A stretch of DNA of 52,315 nt from a virus (Duplodnaviria; Caudoviricetes): the IMG/VR virus record IMGVR_UViG_3300023435_000020, positions 1-52,315 of that record; one strand, written 5' to 3'. The notes beneath the pieces were generated by a model, which saw nothing but the letters and a program-made list of their open reading frames with translations, did no database searches and was not told the origin of the DNA. The position numbers and the translations under genes were made by a program. Positions 36,228 through 45,173 of this stretch are shown piece by piece (within the stretch, counting starts at the first letter, position 1; each line of letters begins with the position of its first letter).

Positions 36228-36404
36228 ATGTCTGCCCCCGGATTCCTTGAACGTCACAACCCCTGCCCACTACACTCCACTGCTCGGAAGCGTAGGACAC
36301 AGATCCTCACCAAGAAGCGGGACGGCAAGCCCGGCACCAAGATCGCCGCCGTGTGCGCGGAATGCGGTCGTCTTCTCGATGTAACCCCCGACAAGACCCG
36401 GTAA
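36228..36404 (+). CDS. Small basic zinc-ribbon protein (58 aa)
   Basis: GGAGG SD. CPLH...CAEC. Read by hand. Confidence 0.55.
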   Translation: MSAPGFLERHNPCPLHSTARKRRTQILTKKRDGKPGTKIAAVCAECGRLLDVTPDKTR

Positions 36405-36523
36405 CTCTTTACCACTATTCCCCACTACTCTATGTTTCTTTTATGACTTTCGTCACCCTGTATCTTCGCTCCACGCTCAAAACCGGCCTCTTTACCGTGT
36501 ATATATAGGAGGCTTTGCGTGTA

Positions 36524-36742
36524 ATGGAGGAAAGATGGGTCGGCGTCGACTGCGAGGGCAACAAACTCCAGGATGGGGACACCGTGGTCGTTACGGCCGG
36601 GCCTCACGAGAGGTTGCAGGGCACATTGCGCGACCATACGTCCGATAGAGCTATTGTCCAGACGGACACACAGCGTGGTCGCGTAGTGGAATATTGCTTT
36701 CTGCGCCTGGTAGAACGCAAAGCCGGGATGATGACTCAATAA
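36524..36742 (+). CDS. KOW-motif protein
   Basis: AGGAGG SD. GDTVVVTAGPHERLQG. TAATG coupling to the small terminase. Confidence 0.6.
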   Translation: MEERWVGVDCEGNKLQDGDTVVVTAGPHERLQGTLRDHTSDRAIVQTDTQRGRVVEYCFLRLVERKAGMMTQ

Positions 36743-37452
36743 TGGATCGGCAACCCTGGGAAAGACTCGACAACGAAACCGACACCGCCTACGAAGCCTT
36801 CAGTCAATACCTCGAACTACCCAAATGCGGCAAGAGCCACGATCACGGCAAACCCGGCGGGCGCAGGTTCAAGTCTGATCTTGCGCGTCTGCGTGGGATC
36901 AAGACCCCGACGATCGAGGGCTGGTATCGCAAGTATAACTGGGTCGGACGTGCCCAAGCCTACGACAAGTTCATGTCCGCCGGCATCCAACCCATCGCCG
37001 AACTCGACGCGCGGAAGGACTTCGTGCGCGAGATCCGAGATGCGGCCAACAAGTTCCGAGTAGCGGCAGCCAAGGCACTTGACGGCGCCAAAGATATCAC
37101 GGTCGACAACGCCATAAAGCTATACAAGCTCGGGATGGACCTTGAGAAGCAGGCCGAAGAGATCGAGGCACCGGCGCTAGAGAGCAAACGTGACGAACTC
37201 AAATCCGGCATTACAAGACTTCTCGGATCTATTACCGCCCAATTGGGAGGAGATGCCCGAGGAAGCGCTCGCGGAACTATACGAGCAACTGAAAAAGAAG
37301 TATGTTTCGACATTCCGCTCGGAAGCGAAGACGGATCAACACAACCCGTTCAGGAAATACCGGAACTGCCCGGAAAAGTTTGCGAGCGAAGTGCTGGGAG
37401 TGACCTGGTGGAGCAAGCAGATCCAGTTGTGCCACCTGATCCGGGACTATGA
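36742..37452 (+). CDS. terS: Probable terminase small subunit
   Basis: PWERLDNETDTAYEAF..Y, HTH, W..RAQAYD; directly upstream of the large terminase. Confidence 0.65.
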   Translation: MDRQPWERLDNETDTAYEAFSQYLELPKCGKSHDHGKPGGRRFKSDLARLRGIKTPTIEGWYRKYNWVGRAQAYDKFMSAGIQPIAELDARKDFVREIRDAANKFRVAAAKALDGAKDITVDNAIKLYKLGMDLEKQAEEIEAPALESKRDELKSGITRLLGSITAQLGGDARGSARGTIRATEKEVCFDIPLGSEDGSTQPVQEIPELPGKVCERSAGSDLVEQADPVVPPDPGL

Positions 37453-38818
37453 TAGAGTTGCCGCAAAAGCAGGGCACTCGGTAGGGAAAACGCACGGTGT
37501 GGCGGGCGCCGTTATATGGTTTCTGCATGCATTTGATCCGGCGATAATCGTTACGACCGCTCCGTCTACCGAGCAGGTCATAAACGAGATCTGGATGGAG
37601 ATCCGCAAGCAGGCGGCGGGCGCCAAGGTGCCCTTGTTCAAGGGTCTGCTTCCGGCGAAACCTTTCTGGCGGGTGTCTCCCCACTGGTATGCGACCGGGT
37701 TTTCAACAGACAAGGGCGACCGGTTTCGTGGCAAGCACGGCCCGAACATGCTCTTCGTTTTCGATGAGGCGACCGGCATTCCTCCCTTTGTGTGGGAGGA
37801 AACCGAGAACATGTGCACCGTGCCGGGCAACAAGATCCTCGCGCTTGGCAACCCGATCAATCCCTCCGGTGACTTCTACGACGCATTCAAGTCCGGTTCC
37901 GGCTGGGCTCAACTGAAGATCAGTTGTCTCGATCACCCGAACGTCGTGCACGGCAAGCAGATATTCCCGGGTGCGGTGTCTCGCCAATGGGTCGAGAAAC
38001 GGATAGCGAAGTATTGCACGCCGATCACGGCGGCTGATGTAGATCCCGCTGTCGATTTCGAGTATCCCAAACAGAGCGGCCAATGGTATCGGCCGTCTGC
38101 TACGTTCATGTGCCGAGTTTTGGGCGAGTTTCCGCAGGAAGGCCCGGACGTCCTCATCACATTCGCGCAGGTTGTCTATGCCCGGACGCGCGCGCCGATA
38201 CCCATCGACGAACTTTCAAGCGTTGATATAGGACTGGACGTTGCCTATCAAGGCGGGGATGCCTGCGTGCTGTTTGCGCGGCGCGGCCCGTGTGTGATCG
38301 CGCGCGAGAAGTGGTATGGGCGCGACACCGAGTTTACGATCAGGCGCACGGCGGCGTTTTGCAGGAAGCTGCACATACAGGGGTATCGGGTCGGCACGGT
38401 CGCGGTCGATGCGATCGGTATTGGATCGGGCGTGGCGGCTGGACTCCAGGGACTACAGAACGACGGCGAACTCTCCGTGGGGCGGGTGCTTGCTATCCAG
38501 GTCAGCGAGAAGGCCGTCAGCGTCGAGAAATACGAGAATCAGCGCGCCGAACTCGCATTCGCTCTAGCGGAACGGTTTGCCCAAGGCAGCATCGACATGA
38601 CGCGACTTGGCGAGGCCGGGGAAGATTTCGAGAACCAGGCGCCGCTTATCAAGTGGGACTACTCCAGAAACGGACGGTATCGCATTGAATCCAAAGACAA
38701 AATCCGCGCCAGGATCGGCTTGTCTCCGGACGACTTCGACGCCATGTGTCTGTGCTTCGTCGACACGGCCGATGCGTTCGCGGAGAACTACGCCGCCGTC
38801 ATGGAGGCCGCTGCCTGA
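37190..38818 (+). CDS. terL: Terminase large subunit
   Basis: AGHSVGKT, FVFDEA, LGNP, VLGEFP, IGLDVA..GGD, VDAIGIG, SPDDFDA. Start uncertain (37190 or 37253). Confidence 0.92.
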   Translation: MTNSNPALQDFSDLLPPNWEEMPEEALAELYEQLKKKYVSTFRSEAKTDQHNPFRKYRNCPEKFASEVLGVTWWSKQIQLCHLIRDYDRVAAKAGHSVGKTHGVAGAVIWFLHAFDPAIIVTTAPSTEQVINEIWMEIRKQAAGAKVPLFKGLLPAKPFWRVSPHWYATGFSTDKGDRFRGKHGPNMLFVFDEATGIPPFVWEETENMCTVPGNKILALGNPINPSGDFYDAFKSGSGWAQLKISCLDHPNVVHGKQIFPGAVSRQWVEKRIAKYCTPITAADVDPAVDFEYPKQSGQWYRPSATFMCRVLGEFPQEGPDVLITFAQVVYARTRAPIPIDELSSVDIGLDVAYQGGDACVLFARRGPCVIAREKWYGRDTEFTIRRTAAFCRKLHIQGYRVGTVAVDAIGIGSGVAAGLQGLQNDGELSVGRVLAIQVSEKAVSVEKYENQRAELAFALAERFAQGSIDMTRLGEAGEDFENQAPLIKWDYSRNGRYRIESKDKIRARIGLSPDDFDAMCLCFVDTADAFAENYAAVMEAAA

Positions 38819-39462
38819 TGCCTGATATCGATTGGGAGAAAGTCTCGACAAATGCCGGCCAACGGGCGCTGTGGATGCGGTATTGGCAACTACGCACGCC
38901 GGAATCACGCGACCTGCTCATTATGAGCTACAAGGGTCTTGTATATAGCCGGTCCCGAAAACTGAGCGATGTGGTAAGGGCGGTTGGGTTGGAGGAGGGA
39001 GACATCACAGGGGCGGCGTGGGCTGCGCTTGTGAGCGCGGTCGATCTCTACGATCCATGCCGAGGCAAATCGTCTTTCGCGACCTACGCATGCACGCGGA
39101 TTGACGGCACAATCAAGAATTACATCCGGGACCACGGAACCCACGGGGGCAGCAACTACAGGCGGTGTCAGCGCGGTGCCGTCGATCCGCCCGAACTTGT
39201 GTCCTTCGACGCGCTACAGTTAGACGACAAACTCAGCGAAACATTCGATGTGGACGCTTGCCTTGACCGCGTTATGGTGAGCGACCTGATTGGAAAGTTG
39301 CCGGAAGACGAGGCGGAGTTGATCGAGCAGCGCTATCGGCGCAGGATGCGGTTTGTTGACATCGGGCGGATGCACAATTACACGGGAGCGTGGGCAGGCC
39401 GACGGCATGAGCAGATCATAGAAAAGATGGCACGTATGGCGGGGTGTGATGAGTCTAGTTAG
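38818..39462 (+). CDS. FliA/WhiG-like alternative sigma factor
   Basis: LWMRY...RDLLIMSYKGLV, YDP....FATYACTRIDGTIKNYIR, region-4 LPEDEAELIEQRY...FVDIG. Confidence 0.85.
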   Translation: MPDIDWEKVSTNAGQRALWMRYWQLRTPESRDLLIMSYKGLVYSRSRKLSDVVRAVGLEEGDITGAAWAALVSAVDLYDPCRGKSSFATYACTRIDGTIKNYIRDHGTHGGSNYRRCQRGAVDPPELVSFDALQLDDKLSETFDVDACLDRVMVSDLIGKLPEDEAELIEQRYRRRMRFVDIGRMHNYTGAWAGRRHEQIIEKMARMAGCDESS

Positions 39463-40942
39463 CCAGGCGCGAACAAGAACGCGGGCGGCAGTCGCGGCAC
39501 TGCTGGGGAGAAACCCCGTACAGACCACCGAGGTCGGGCGGGGCGCAACGGCGGCAACGCTGGAAACCATCCTCGCCAGGCAGTTCCAGGTGTCGTATGC
39601 GCGGACTCAAATACACAAGGATTTGCATCGGATGGATAGGGCGGACGAGATTGTGTCGTTCGCGTTCAACACGATCGCTAATCGTGCTGTGGGGATGGAA
39701 GATCCCACCCTCGATGCGTTTGAGGTGACAGTTCAGGCGGAAGGTGATGCCGGCAAGCGCGCACTCAAGACCGCCCAACGCGAGATCGACGATCTGGTGC
39801 GGCGTCTGAAGCTGCGCGGAGAGGCATGGCAAATAGTCCGGCGGTTCGTCAAATGGGGAAACGAGTTCCGCGAAGTGCTCATCGACTCCAAGACGATGGA
39901 TATCGTGGGCTTGAAAGAGTTGCCCGAGCATACGCTGTGGCCCATGACGGACGACAAGGGAAACAAGCTCCCCGGCTACTTCCAACGGCCCGAGAACACG
40001 CCGGCTGACACGAAAAACCAGATCCAGTTCGCTGAATGGGAGGTATTGCACTTTCCTTTCGGGGAACTCGACGGGTATATCGGGACTCCGCTTCTGGGCT
40101 GTGCGCGGCACAACTGGAAGCGAATCAATATGGCGGAGGACTCGACCGCCGCGGCGCGGATAGTGCGCGCGTTTGCAAAGCTAATCCACAAGGTGCCCAC
40201 GAGATCCGACTGGAATGTCCCTCAGCAGTTGTCCGCGATCAACATGTATAAGGACGCGATGGCAAAGCGCCCTGTGTTTAACCAGGACCTCTCGACCGTT
40301 GACCTGGTGAACGACCCGACGAGCATCAACACGGATTACTACATTCCGGATGATGGTTCCGGGCGGGGCGGCGTGGAAATGATCGACCCCGAAAACGCGC
40401 AACTCCAGAACATCAAGGATATCGAGCATTTCATCGACCGTCTGATAACCGCGACCAGCATCCCGAAGCGGTATTTCCCGTTCGAGGGATCTATCCCGAA
40501 GCTGTCCGAGGGCGGCGGGCAGGCGGAAGACAAGCATTATGCCTGCACGTTGATGTTCTGTCAGCAGATCCTCAAGGAAGGGCTATCGACACTTTTCGAT
40601 CGTCAGCTTGTCCTCAAGGGCATAGACCCCAACTCCGTTCGCTACGTGATTCGGATGGCTGACATCAACACGACCGACGCGCTTCGGGGCGCTCAGACGC
40701 AGATGGCGCTTGCAAAGACAATGGACACGCTTCTTGAGCGCTACCCCGAGATGCGACCGCACCTCGAAGTCGTGTTGCGCGAGTTCACAAGGATGAGCGA
40801 TGCGTCCAAGAATACGCTGATCTCCGGGATTACGATCAGCGAAGAGCAACCGCCGGAGGAACCCGGCAAGAACGGGGACGGGAAGGACGATCGAATCCAA
40901 TTGCCGGGCGCGGGCAATAAAGACGCCCGAGAGAAGGTCTGA
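39449..40942 (+). CDS. Portal protein, T4 gp20-like
   Basis: RRFVKWGNEF, GTPLL..AR..WKRINMAED....RIVRA, DYYIP, NIKDIEHF..RL.....IP correspond to gp20-type motifs; position after the terminase. Confidence 0.85.
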   Translation: MSLVSQARTRTRAAVAALLGRNPVQTTEVGRGATAATLETILARQFQVSYARTQIHKDLHRMDRADEIVSFAFNTIANRAVGMEDPTLDAFEVTVQAEGDAGKRALKTAQREIDDLVRRLKLRGEAWQIVRRFVKWGNEFREVLIDSKTMDIVGLKELPEHTLWPMTDDKGNKLPGYFQRPENTPADTKNQIQFAEWEVLHFPFGELDGYIGTPLLGCARHNWKRINMAEDSTAAARIVRAFAKLIHKVPTRSDWNVPQQLSAINMYKDAMAKRPVFNQDLSTVDLVNDPTSINTDYYIPDDGSGRGGVEMIDPENAQLQNIKDIEHFIDRLITATSIPKRYFPFEGSIPKLSEGGGQAEDKHYACTLMFCQQILKEGLSTLFDRQLVLKGIDPNSVRYVIRMADINTTDALRGAQTQMALAKTMDTLLERYPEMRPHLEVVLREFTRMSDASKNTLISGITISEEQPPEEPGKNGDGKDDRIQLPGAGNKDAREKV

Positions 40943-40955
40943 GGAGGAAAACCAG

Positions 40956-41432
40956 ATGGTTGACGAGCCGGGTCAGGAAGAACTTGTGCAAATCCGCTGC
41001 CTGAAAGGGCCGCAGGTCGTGGGGCATTACACCTACCAGACGCACGAAGTCGCAATGATGCCGAATGGATGCGCGACGTTCCTTGCGGCACGCGGGGTCG
41101 TGGAGATATTGCCGGTGCCGGTTGCACAAATCACGATCATCGACGAGGTGCCCACGGAGACAGATTACGACGAGCCCGAGGCTGCTGACGCCGCGGAAGA
41201 GTCCGCGCCGCCGCCCGTTCCGAGAGGCGTGCCGCTGGTTACTCGCTATGACCCGGACGCGGAAGCCGATGAGCAGATCGATGCGCACATCGAGTCGGTG
41301 ATCGGTGCCGAGTCGGACGACTCCGAATCGGAAGATGCTGAAGTCGAGCCGCCCAAGCCAGAGAAGAAGCCCAAATCCAGAAAGGGACGAAAGCCCGGTC
41401 GCCCGCGCGGAGGCCACAAGCCGCGTGGTTAG
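40956..41432 (+). CDS. Head-region protein with shared ~45-aa tag and acidic/basic tail
   Basis: AGGAGG SD. LVQIRCLKGPQVVGHYTY...CATFLAARGVVEI. Confidence 0.7.
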   Translation: MVDEPGQEELVQIRCLKGPQVVGHYTYQTHEVAMMPNGCATFLAARGVVEILPVPVAQITIIDEVPTETDYDEPEAADAAEESAPPPVPRGVPLVTRYDPDAEADEQIDAHIESVIGAESDDSESEDAEVEPPKPEKKPKSRKGRKPGRPRGGHKPRG

Positions 41433-41931
41433 CAGGGTCTTTCGCCGGGCACACCCCGCTTCGCCCCCGGAACGCAGGGTGCTTGCGAGATCCACATATC
41501 ATCTGATCGAAGTGGTCGGCGAGACTGTTCTGGAGCCGGGCGGGACTGGCTGGATTAGCTGGGGGATGGCCCAACGGCTTCGTGATCTGGGCCGGATTGA
41601 AATACTGGAATACGAACGAACCCTGGTAGACGAGATGTGTTCGAACGCGCGTGTCGAGAACATCCCGGATCTGCCGGGGTTTTTCTGTCAGAAGTGTCTT
41701 GTGCAAGGGGTTGCTAGGGCGTTCCCCACGAAGCTCGCACGGCACGGACACATCATGCACGCGCACGGCAACTACAGGAGGTCAAATGGTGGGACTAGCC
41801 GACAAGAAACGAAAGCAAAAGGAAGAAAAACCCGAGCACGAACCGGTCTTGAAGATGGTTCAAAACGTAACCCGCGTTCCCCAAAGCGTCGGGCGGGGGA
41901 TGCTGCGGCCCGGCGCGTCGGACGTGATTGA
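41425..41931 (+). CDS. Head-region protein with shared tag and C2H2 zinc finger
   Basis: EVVGETVLEPGG...MAQRLRDLGRIEI; FCQKC...F...H...H. Confidence 0.65.
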   Translation: MVSRVFRRAHPASPPERRVLARSTYHLIEVVGETVLEPGGTGWISWGMAQRLRDLGRIEILEYERTLVDEMCSNARVENIPDLPGFFCQKCLVQGVARAFPTKLARHGHIMHAHGNYRRSNGGTSRQETKAKGRKTRARTGLEDGSKRNPRSPKRRAGDAAARRVGRD

Positions 41932-42226
41932 CTGCGCCAAGGGCACACTGGGCGAACGGCTGGTGCAAACGGGCGTGCTTGAAATTGCGAGCGAAACTCC
42001 CGGACTGGACATGCTCGAAGGGCGCGTACCGGCACCGGTACAATACGACTCTTCGCAACCGACGAAGCAATATCAATGCCCGTTCTGCCAGGAGGTATTC
42101 GAACAGGCCGAAGGTCTGGTTCTGCACCTGGCGGACACGCATGTGGCGGCGGTCAACAAGGTCGCAACGGATATGGCGGCCGCAGAAGAAGTGCGCGCGA
42201 TGACAGGTGAAGGAGCTGCACTCTGA
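41786..42226 (+). CDS. Head-region protein with shared tag and C2H2 zinc finger
   Basis: AGGAGG SD. NVTRVPQSVGRGMLRPG...LGERLVQTGVLEI; YQCPFCQEVF....L..HL...H. Confidence 0.75.
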   Translation: MVGLADKKRKQKEEKPEHEPVLKMVQNVTRVPQSVGRGMLRPGASDVIDCAKGTLGERLVQTGVLEIASETPGLDMLEGRVPAPVQYDSSQPTKQYQCPFCQEVFEQAEGLVLHLADTHVAAVNKVATDMAAAEEVRAMTGEGAAL

Positions 42227-42242
42227 TCGACAGGAGGCCGAT

Positions 42243-45083
42243 ATGATTGACCTGCTCAAAGCCCGGATATCCGGGCTTGATTCGTTTCTAGGGCAAACAC
42301 GGGAGATACTGCCGTCCGAACTGGTCGAACCTATCCGCACGACTATGGTTGGGCTCGAAAAACTGGCGCAGGACGACAAGATCGACGAATCCGCCCTGGA
42401 AGAGAGCATGTCGGCACTTCTGCAAGGGGCGGTGATCTCGGGCGAAAGCACGGACGATGCGTATGAGAAGTTGATCCGCCGTCTGAATCGGGCGATTCAA
42501 GCGAACGACTCGATTCCGGGCGAATACAAGTGGACCGTATTCACCATGCCGGAGTCGGTTGTTATCTCAAGCGAGATCCGGAACCAGTCCGGCAAGTGGG
42601 AATCTCGCTACTATCAGGCCGATTGGACTCGCGATGGGGATGCGTTCACGTTCTCCGATGTCCGCGAGGTCGAGATCAAGCAGATCATCACGATCGTTCA
42701 GCAGGCGATCGGCGGGTTGGCGAACGCGGAACATACGCCGCCAGACATTGAACTACAAGAAACCCCGGTCGGGGCGGTGATCGAACAAGGCGGCGAAAAG
42801 CCGCCTTTTTTGATGCAGCAGGTCCGTGCTCCGATACGGCTACTCGATCAAGGCAAAGCACAGAAAGATGGGACTGTGCGCTTTGGCGGCGTGGCCACGG
42901 TCGGTGATGTTGTCAATACGCAAGGACAGGTGTACCCCGCTGAACTGTGGTGCCAACAGGTTGATCTGGCGCAAATCAGCCTTCCCATGGGCAGGGTGAT
43001 CGGCGCATCAGGTCACAAGGCCGACGGACAGGGCTTTCCCCGTCCGCCTGATCCGCATGAAGTATCCCAGAAGTTCACGAAGCTGGAAATGCGAGGCAAC
43101 CAAGTCGCATTTGAAGCTGTCACGACCAAGACGCGAGAGGGCAACGACTTGGCCGCAACGCTGATTGCCGGTATCGGGTTCGACATGAGCACGCTGGTAA
43201 TCGCCACAACGAAGCCGGGAGAGTTCCAGGGACAGAAAGTCGATATTGTGCAGGCGGATGGGTTCCGCCTCATCTCTATCGATGTTGTTCTGAACGGTGC
43301 GAGTCCAGGCTCCGCCGTTGAATACGCCCGGCTCCAGGCCAACAAACATCCGGAGCCGCGAAAGGAGACATCAATGGACCCCGATGAGGTCACAAACAAG
43401 CAGAACGCCGATGTCGATGGCGGCGGCCCGGATGGAACGGCGACGCCACCGCAGGTATTGCCGCAGGCGGCGCCCGTGGCGGCGCCCGCGGGACTGACGG
43501 ACGATGATCGGGCAGTGCTCGATCAGGCCCGTGGAGTAACGGCGCAGGCGCAGGCGATCATCGACAGAGACGCGTCGCGTGAACTGGTTCAGAAGCGCAA
43601 CGCCGCTGTGAGCGCACGGATCGCGCAGATGGTAACGGACAAGGAACTGCCCGAGCAGTTCAGTGACTCCGCTCGGACGATGTTGCAGAACATGTGCGCT
43701 ACGGACGAGGGGATCGAGGCGGTGATGCCGGCGCTGCGGCAGTCGATACAGCCGTTCCTCGATAGTCACGCTCGCCTTGCGAGCAAGGGGATGTATACCC
43801 CGGAGTACAAGGACGACGGTACTTCGGTGGACGCCCCGCAGAGTTACGAAGCGGCCGTCGAGGAATTGATCCAGTCGGCGACCGAACGCGGAATACTGCA
43901 CGAGGGGAATAGCTCGTGGGTGCCCGGCGCTCTTCCCGACTTCTCCGACACGCGTCTGTGCATGCGGATCATGCTCCAGAACTTCGTCAAGGAGAAGCCG
44001 GAACTGGCCGATGCGTGGCTGATGATGCGCAACGGCATGATGAAGAGAGTCGAGGATGCCGAGCAGTTCAGCCGCGACCGGATGTCCGTGCTGCGGCAGG
44101 GCGCGAGGGGACAGGCGATTCCCACCGGCGCCACCACGACCGGCGACGTCGCGGCGGCGATCCCGTATGTGATGCCGCTGATGGTCGACATCTTCCCGCA
44201 GTTGATCGCGACCCAACTCGGAACGCTTCAGCCGTTGAAGCAGTCGACCGGCCGCGTCTACCACTGGAAGATCACCGACGAGGACGACGCCGATATGTCG
44301 GCCGTCGCGAACTTCACTGGCTCGTATGCCAACGACCCGGGTGAGAAGGAAGAGATCAAGCGGCTCAAGGGCAGCTTGACTTCGACCAATGTCACCTGCC
44401 TCATCAAAAAGCTCGGTTACGACCTGTCGGTCGAGGTGATGCGGCACCTGCACTCCGACTTCGGCATCGACGGCACCGGCACGATGATCTCCGCGTGCGC
44501 CGACCAGGTTGCGCGGGAATGGAACTACAACATTCTCGCGGAGATGGTCAGCGGCGCGACCGCCGGCAACGTCAACTACGGCACTCTGCCGCCCGCTACC
44601 GGGAACTACGACGGCGAGCAGTGGCAGAAGCAGATCATCACCCACATCAAGAAAGCCCGCAACCTGATCTACAAGTCGAGGTTCGCGGACACGGTGTGGA
44701 TCATCGGTGACCCGGATTCGATCGATCGCATCGTTTGGCTGGCTCAGGCCGCCGGCGACTACAAGGGCGATGGCCAGGGGCGAGTCGCCGAGGGAATCGA
44801 CATCGCCGGTTCTCTGAGCACTGGCGAGCGGCTGGTCAAGGTCGGCTGGTGGGACAGCCTCCAGACAAACACCTTGCTGGTCGGCGCCAAGGGTAAGCAG
44901 TGGCCGCAGACGGGCTACGTCATTGCGCCGTATCTCGGTCTGTTCGTGACTCCGATCTGGATCGACCCCGGCACACAGGATGTCGAGCAATCCCTCCAGA
45001 GCGAGGTCGCGCATCAGATGCTTGACGGTAAGTATTTCGCGACCGTCACGATGCAGCCTGGTGTGGCCGGCTCAGATCCGTAG
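42243..45083 (+). CDS. Prohead protease-scaffold-major capsid polyprotein (T4 gp21-like plus gp23-like)
   Basis: AGGAGG SD. Protease-like GVATVGDVVNTQGQVYP, GASGH, GNDLAATL, DMSTL, IDVV..GAS; capsid-like PLMVDIFPQLIATQLGTLQPLKQSTG, REWNYNIL, LLVG.KG, GYVIAPY. Confidence 0.85.
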   Translation: MIDLLKARISGLDSFLGQTREILPSELVEPIRTTMVGLEKLAQDDKIDESALEESMSALLQGAVISGESTDDAYEKLIRRLNRAIQANDSIPGEYKWTVFTMPESVVISSEIRNQSGKWESRYYQADWTRDGDAFTFSDVREVEIKQIITIVQQAIGGLANAEHTPPDIELQETPVGAVIEQGGEKPPFLMQQVRAPIRLLDQGKAQKDGTVRFGGVATVGDVVNTQGQVYPAELWCQQVDLAQISLPMGRVIGASGHKADGQGFPRPPDPHEVSQKFTKLEMRGNQVAFEAVTTKTREGNDLAATLIAGIGFDMSTLVIATTKPGEFQGQKVDIVQADGFRLISIDVVLNGASPGSAVEYARLQANKHPEPRKETSMDPDEVTNKQNADVDGGGPDGTATPPQVLPQAAPVAAPAGLTDDDRAVLDQARGVTAQAQAIIDRDASRELVQKRNAAVSARIAQMVTDKELPEQFSDSARTMLQNMCATDEGIEAVMPALRQSIQPFLDSHARLASKGMYTPEYKDDGTSVDAPQSYEAAVEELIQSATERGILHEGNSSWVPGALPDFSDTRLCMRIMLQNFVKEKPELADAWLMMRNGMMKRVEDAEQFSRDRMSVLRQGARGQAIPTGATTTGDVAAAIPYVMPLMVDIFPQLIATQLGTLQPLKQSTGRVYHWKITDEDDADMSAVANFTGSYANDPGEKEEIKRLKGSLTSTNVTCLIKKLGYDLSVEVMRHLHSDFGIDGTGTMISACADQVAREWNYNILAEMVSGATAGNVNYGTLPPATGNYDGEQWQKQIITHIKKARNLIYKSRFADTVWIIGDPDSIDRIVWLAQAAGDYKGDGQGRVAEGIDIAGSLSTGERLVKVGWWDSLQTNTLLVGAKGKQWPQTGYVIAPYLGLFVTPIWIDPGTQDVEQSLQSEVAHQMLDGKYFATVTMQPGVAGSDP

Positions 45084-45114
45084 AACAGACGGATCAACTA
45101 CGATAACTAACACT

Positions 45115-45148
45115 GGCGGAGGGATGGCATCCGAGTCGTTCCTCCGCC
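45115..45148 (+). terminator. GC hairpin after the capsid gene (no U-tract, probably leaky or stabilising)
   Basis: GGCGGAGGGA / TTCCTCCGCC. Confidence 0.45.
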
Positions 45149-45173
45149 GATTGCATGAGGCATACGGGAGCAC

